From assembly GCA_045587025.1 (NCBI GenBank), contig JAZNBK010000044.1:1-52487 (forward strand): DNA of 52,487 nt, given 5' to 3'. This stretch comes from Eubacteriales bacterium. Lineage in GTDB: Bacteria > Bacillota > Clostridia > Oscillospirales > CAG-272. Below the pieces are notes generated by a model. The model had not been told where the DNA came from and did not search any database. It saw nothing but the letters and a program-made list of their open reading frames with translations. Numbering within the stretch: position 1 is the first letter of the stretch; the number at the start of each line of letters is the position of its first letter. Below are positions 47,591 through 52,487 of the stretch, one piece after another. A program made the position numbers and the translations under genes.

Positions 47591-49516
47591 ATGAAAATGA
47601 TTATTCCAAAAATGACAAGTACCGAAAAAATTACCTTCTTCCAAGACCTATATAATGAAGCAAGGTCGTCGGCAGAAGAAATCTACACCGCTATGGAAAA
47701 GCATTTAAATCAATATAAGGGGAGCGACGAAATAGACGGCTCAAACGAGAAAGCGAAGGTCGTGAGAAATATTACCTACGAGCTTATTGAGTCGCAGATA
47801 TCGTCTTATTTGCCTACACCGTCAGTTGCCCCAAAAATGTGGAGCGAGGAGAGAGAAAGAAATGCTAAGAGCGTGGAAACGCTTCTCGGTAATAAGCGCA
47901 ATGAACTTCCATACGAAAAGAATAACGATATGGATGAGCGCTTTAACCCCATTTATGGTGGCTCGGTATGGCTTCCAGAATGGGATAATTCAATTATGAC
48001 ACATAACACGGTAGGTGATATAAAGCTCTCTTGTATTGCGCCTAAGCATTTTACAGGACAGCCAAATATTTATGACGTTAAGGATATGGAATATTGCTTC
48101 GTAGAGTTTCAGACAACGAAGGAGGATATAATTCGTAAGTATGGTGTCACTCCTGATATTGCAGAAAAAACCGAGAACGACGAGGAAGCCGACGACAAGA
48201 CCGCTACACTCTACGTCTGCTATTATAAGGACGGCGAAGGAAAGGTCTGTCAGTTTATATGGTCGGCAGATACGATACTCTCGGATATAGACGACTATTA
48301 CTCACGAAAGAGAAAAATCTGTAAGAAATGTGGCAAGAGAGAGGAACTTTGTAATTGCGAAAAGCCGGATTTTGAGCTTCAAAACGAAGATTACGAGGAG
48401 CTTGATCACGATATAGTTCTTTCTGATGGAAGAATACTTCCCGCGCGCTCGGTAGTAATCAAGGACGGACAGATAGTCACCGAGAGGGTACAGAAGCAGG
48501 CAATGACACCTGACGGACAGCTTATGTTTGACAACGTGGGCGGAGTGGTGCTTCCCAAGATGATCGAGGTAGAGATTCCTGTAATGGAACCCACGAGGAT
48601 CCCATTCTATAAGCCGAATATTCTTCCCGTAGTTATAAGAAAGAATACGTCCGAAGAAGATTGCCTTTTTGGACAGTCCGATTGCGAGTTTATAAGACCT
48701 CAACAACAGACAATAAATAAGTTAGAATCGAGAATACTCGAGAAGCTCATCGGCGCAGGCGTATATCCTATGGTCCCCGACGACTTTAAGAGCGACCTCG
48801 ATAATTCAATATTTAAAAAGATATTCAGGGTTAAGCAGAATCAGGCGGCACTTTTCGGTAGAGTAGATCTTCAAGTGAATATAAGCTACGATATAGCGCA
48901 GTCTGACCGTCTCTACGACCAAGCGAAGAGAATACTCGGAATTTCCGACTCCTTCCAAGGACAGTATGACGGCTCGGCTCAGTCGGGAGTGGCAAAACAA
49001 CTTCAAATTCAGCAGTCGGCAGGTCGTCTTGATTCCAAACGGCAGATGAAGAATGCAGCGTATGCAGAGATAGACCAGATTATATTCCAGTTCTATCTTG
49101 CCTATGCAGACGAGCCACGCCCTGCGACCTATAAGGACGTCGAGGGCAGAATACAAAACTGTAGCTTTAATAGATATGACTTCATCGAGAGGGACGAAGC
49201 GGGTGAGTATTACTATAATGATGAATATTTATTCAGCTCCGACGCGACTATCGACGTAGAGCGCTCGCGCCAGTTCTTGTGGCAGGAAAACAGGCAGAAC
49301 TTCCAACAAGGAGCATACGGAGATCCTGCGCTTCCACAGACGCAACTTATTTTCTGGCTGAATATGGAAAAGGCGCATTATCCCTTCGCTCACGATAACG
49401 TCGAGAGATTGCGTGAGGAGATAAAGCAGCAGCAAATAGCTATAGAGCAACAGGCGATGCAACAGCAACAAATAGCCGCGCAAGGCGGCCAAATAAATAG
49501 AGGAGGTATTATGTGA
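47591..49516 (+). CDS. Portal protein
   Basis: 641 aa after terL; NITYELIESQI, FGQSD, QQ.IN, GISDSFQG..SGVA, Q-rich C-terminal helix. Confidence 0.8.
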   Translation: MKMIIPKMTSTEKITFFQDLYNEARSSAEEIYTAMEKHLNQYKGSDEIDGSNEKAKVVRNITYELIESQISSYLPTPSVAPKMWSEERERNAKSVETLLGNKRNELPYEKNNDMDERFNPIYGGSVWLPEWDNSIMTHNTVGDIKLSCIAPKHFTGQPNIYDVKDMEYCFVEFQTTKEDIIRKYGVTPDIAEKTENDEEADDKTATLYVCYYKDGEGKVCQFIWSADTILSDIDDYYSRKRKICKKCGKREELCNCEKPDFELQNEDYEELDHDIVLSDGRILPARSVVIKDGQIVTERVQKQAMTPDGQLMFDNVGGVVLPKMIEVEIPVMEPTRIPFYKPNILPVVIRKNTSEEDCLFGQSDCEFIRPQQQTINKLESRILEKLIGAGVYPMVPDDFKSDLDNSIFKKIFRVKQNQAALFGRVDLQVNISYDIAQSDRLYDQAKRILGISDSFQGQYDGSAQSGVAKQLQIQQSAGRLDSKRQMKNAAYAEIDQIIFQFYLAYADEPRPATYKDVEGRIQNCSFNRYDFIERDEAGEYYYNDEYLFSSDATIDVERSRQFLWQENRQNFQQGAYGDPALPQTQLIFWLNMEKAHYPFAHDNVERLREEIKQQQIAIEQQAMQQQQIAAQGGQINRGGIM

Positions 49517-49517
49517 T

Positions 49518-51359
49518 ATGGGTTGGTTTAAAAATGCAGTCGGAAAAGCAAGCGATTTTATAGGAGATCTCTTTGCTCCGTCAAAATCTAATAATGAACA
49601 ACACGTAGGGTGGAACATAAATCTTCCAATAAAGACTTATACTTACGATAACAGCAATGAGTCGCCATTAACCAAAGCTAATGACCCGCTATACAAAATA
49701 CAACAAGACATAGCAGATGCTGCTGTCGCTGCGGCTTACGGAATAACAATACCGAAGGTTCCAACGACAACACCAACAACTACAGTCACAACAGGCGGAA
49801 GCGCAGATGATTTCACGGTTTCAGGTGAAAAGGAGGAAAAAGAAAAGAAACAAAGCGACATTGCAGCAATTATTGCTGCGATAAAAGAAGGTATGGTTGG
49901 CGCATCAGGATATGCGAAGAGTCAATACGAAAATCAGCTTGCAGCTATAGAGGAACAGCGCAAGTATTCAGAAGAACTCGCAAAACAGGCACGTGAAGAA
50001 GCAATAAAGAAAGCTTACGTGAACTACGATAGAAGCTTATCCACCTACGGACAGAACGCTGAAAAGCTTGCTCAAATGGGACTTTCTAATAGTGGATACA
50101 GCGACTACTTAAATGGAGTAGCATATTCATCTATGGTAGGAGGTGTTCAGGACGCTCATAAAACTGAAAACGAAGCTATTGAGAGAGCATATTATAATGC
50201 GTCGCAGGCAAAAGCAGAGGCCGCCGATACATATTACGATAGAGCTACAGCCGCGCAGAATGCATATCAGGATAGGATTGTATCTCTGCTCGGTGCTATA
50301 GGAACTGGTGAGATAGACGCCAATACAGCAATGACCATAGCAGCTGCCTATGGAATGGATGAGAGTGTAGCATCTATGATAGGTGACGTTGCAAAGACGA
50401 ATTACGAAAATGTTGTTGCAGAGAACACGGCTTTACTTGAAGCGTCATTGGCGGGAGAAGACGACGAATACGGTGGAAAAACATTTGCATCCGACGAGGC
50501 GATAAAAGCTGCTGCAAATAAGATTGGCATTACGGACGAATCTGTAATACAGGGATATATTGATACCAAGAATAAGAACGAAAACGAATATAAGGACAAA
50601 AAGACTTATGATTTAGCTTTGTCACAAATAACGGCAGAAACAACCGATGAAGAGATTGAAGGTTGGGGACTGTCAACAGAGAACACAGATAAGCTTAAGG
50701 CGGAAAGAAATAACAAAATCGTGTCAGATGAAAAGCAGAAAATAGCCACAGAAACGGCAAGTGGTAACGTTTCACTTGGTAACATTGAAGCTATTGACAT
50801 TCTGTATCAAAACGAAAAGATAACCAAAGATGTATATCAAAAAATATACTTCGATAAGGCGGTTTCGTTTGCTAAAGGAATTGAAAACCTTGACGAATAC
50901 CAAACAGCAATCGAGCAAATAAACGGTTACGTAAATCAAGATAAAATGACAAACGAGAATGCTCAAAAAGTAAAAGAATATATAGCGAGCGTTTATGCTA
51001 CAGTAGTTCCTGAAAACTCATATATTCTTGAAAAAGCTTACTTATTAGACGCAAGATGTATTTATGGAAAAACTTACGTATTAGAAGTAAATGGTGAGAC
51101 ATATAGCGTAATGGACGCACGAGAAAAAAATGTAGAAGATGACACCGTAAAAAAACTTATAGACATTGTATTGGGAAATCAAAAAGAACTCGGTTTTGTT
51201 ATGATAGGCGACGCTATTTATATAAGAACAGGCGAAACAAAATATTCTTATAGGAAGATGAAGGATTATCATGACACGACTAAAGTACTTCGCAATTTGG
51301 CACTAACCAGCGCAAGAACCCCCATTAAACCATCTTACACACCTTCAAAGGAGCAATAA
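49518..51359 (+). CDS. Hypothetical virion-associated (probable ejection/internal) protein
   Basis: A/Q/Y-rich coiled coil with EKLAQMGLSNSGYSD motif; late operon position. Confidence 0.55.
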   Translation: MGWFKNAVGKASDFIGDLFAPSKSNNEQHVGWNINLPIKTYTYDNSNESPLTKANDPLYKIQQDIADAAVAAAYGITIPKVPTTTPTTTVTTGGSADDFTVSGEKEEKEKKQSDIAAIIAAIKEGMVGASGYAKSQYENQLAAIEEQRKYSEELAKQAREEAIKKAYVNYDRSLSTYGQNAEKLAQMGLSNSGYSDYLNGVAYSSMVGGVQDAHKTENEAIERAYYNASQAKAEAADTYYDRATAAQNAYQDRIVSLLGAIGTGEIDANTAMTIAAAYGMDESVASMIGDVAKTNYENVVAENTALLEASLAGEDDEYGGKTFASDEAIKAAANKIGITDESVIQGYIDTKNKNENEYKDKKTYDLALSQITAETTDEEIEGWGLSTENTDKLKAERNNKIVSDEKQKIATETASGNVSLGNIEAIDILYQNEKITKDVYQKIYFDKAVSFAKGIENLDEYQTAIEQINGYVNQDKMTNENAQKVKEYIASVYATVVPENSYILEKAYLLDARCIYGKTYVLEVNGETYSVMDAREKNVEDDTVKKLIDIVLGNQKELGFVMIGDAIYIRTGETKYSYRKMKDYHDTTKVLRNLALTSARTPIKPSYTPSKEQ

Positions 51360-51362
51360 TGT

Positions 51363-52487
51363 ATGGCACTTGTAAGAGTAGATAAATCTTTCAGAAATGT
51401 CCTCAGTAATGACGCATATAAATCTACCTCTCTCTCTTCTTTCAAAGGGGGAGAGGACAAGAATGTAGGCGGGTTGATAGGCGGGGTCGGGTATCTTGGC
51501 GAAAAGGTAGCCGTAGGTGCGGTGTCGTCTATCGAGGGAATATCCGACTACGTTATAGGCGGTGTTGCTAAGCTCTTCGGCTTCGATAAGTTTGCCGAGC
51601 GTCAATTTGCAAACGATTGGTTCGGTGACTGGTATAGCCACCCTGACGAGTGGTTTAATCCGGGCGAGGGATGGAAGATAGCAGGTGACGTCGCAGGCGG
51701 TATAGGTACATCATTGCCCGCTATGGCGGTAGGTATCGCCACTGCCGGAGCCGGTACTATTGCTATGGGCTTGGCGACAGGTGTTACAGCAGGCCTTGGT
51801 GCAGCAGGTAACGCAACAAAGGAAGCGTATCGAGAAACGGGTAAGCTGACAGGAAAGGAATTTGCCTACGGAGCATTGACGGGAGCAGTAGAAGGCGGAA
51901 TGGAAACCGTCACAAACATCATAGGTTTTGGTACAGGAGCTGTAATTAAGAGTGTTTCTAAATCGCTTGGAAATAATGTCGCCAAAGCAGCCGTGAGAGA
52001 CGGTTTGACAATGACACTTGCAAAATCCTTTATAGGTGAAGCGTTTGAGGAAGGTGTTGCAGAGATATTGTCAGGACCTATTAAGCGTAAGACCTATGAT
52101 AAGGACGCAAAAAATGCCACTTGGGAAGAAGTGGCATACTCGTCTATTATTGGCGGATTAAGCGGTCTTGTAATGGGTGGAGCAGGAACAGTATTCTCTA
52201 CCACCAAAAATACGATAAACGGCAATAAGCTTGTAAATGAAGGAAAGCAAGGCGAAGTCCTCTCCTTGTCAAAAGATATTATAAACACGGCAAAAGAAAA
52301 AGGAATGGACGCAGAGTATTACGCTCAAATATCCGATACCTATAATAAGCTACAAAAGAGCATTGAAAAGACGGGTGGGGAGATAAGTAATGCTTACCAG
52401 AAACGGCTCCTTGGAGAGCTTAATATAGATAACGTAACGTCTAAAATAATGCCTCAAATATATAAAGAGGCGGCTACCGTAGTAGGC
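51363..52487 (+). CDS. N-terminus of a large G/A-rich protein, probable ejection / large polyvalent protein (runs off window; not in ORF track)
   Basis: aaggag RBS; MALVRVDKSF..GIGTSLPAMAVG..AAGNATKEAY..GAVEGGMET..GEAFEEG; open to window end. Confidence 0.65.
   Translation, partial: MALVRVDKSFRNVLSNDAYKSTSLSSFKGGEDKNVGGLIGGVGYLGEKVAVGAVSSIEGISDYVIGGVAKLFGFDKFAERQFANDWFGDWYSHPDEWFNPGEGWKIAGDVAGGIGTSLPAMAVGIATAGAGTIAMGLATGVTAGLGAAGNATKEAYRETGKLTGKEFAYGALTGAVEGGMETVTNIIGFGTGAVIKSVSKSLGNNVAKAAVRDGLTMTLAKSFIGEAFEEGVAEILSGPIKRKTYDKDAKNATWEEVAYSSIIGGLSGLVMGGAGTVFSTTKNTINGNKLVNEGKQGEVLSLSKDIINTAKEKGMDAEYYAQISDTYNKLQKSIEKTGGEISNAYQKRLLGELNIDNVTSKIMPQIYKEAATVVG

Larger units (their letters stand above)
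31468..52487. mobile_element. Prophage-like element integrated in cotJC (left junction ~31,468; right end beyond window)
   Basis: Serine integrase, genetic switch, recombination/replication module, terminases, portal. Confidence 0.92.

Noticed and set aside
31468-52487. Diversity-generating retroelement, retron or tRNA genes in the prophage
   Set aside because: No reverse transcriptase motifs, TR/VR pair or tRNA cloverleaf seen

Overview
Low-GC Firmicute (spore-forming Clostridia-like) chromosome segment in two parts. 1-31.4 kb is host backbone: 3' part of a fused single-chain restriction-modification gene, tmcAL/ackA, coaE-M18 aminopeptidase-prfA-sua5-topoisomerase IV subunit A, a sugar ABC transporter with malQ, T-box-controlled serS, a RidA-cupin fusion, metF/split metH, a flavodiiron protein, deoC/cdd, mntP and the spore-coat operon cotJA-cotJB-cotJC. 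At ~31,468 cotJC is cut after codon ~32 by a prophage-like element that runs past the window end: large serine recombinase, putative antirepressor, tandem-HTH repressor/cro switch, an intact TnpB without recognisable IS ends, RecE/RecT-like/SSB/ERCC4 genes, CHC2 + DUF927 replication genes, RinA/ArpU-like activator, terminases, portal and probable ejection proteins. The most striking unexplained structure is a tandem array of three ~280-bp origin-like units after the DUF927 gene, each with its own distinct set of inverted 9-bp iterons. Other notable signals: Spo0A boxes at the integrase promoter, a candidate sporulation-controlled directionality factor, a repressor with two different HTH domains, two covarying kissing-loop RNAs between terL and portal, and a thrice-repeated late-promoter motif. 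All product calls come from motif recognition by eye; no database search was run.
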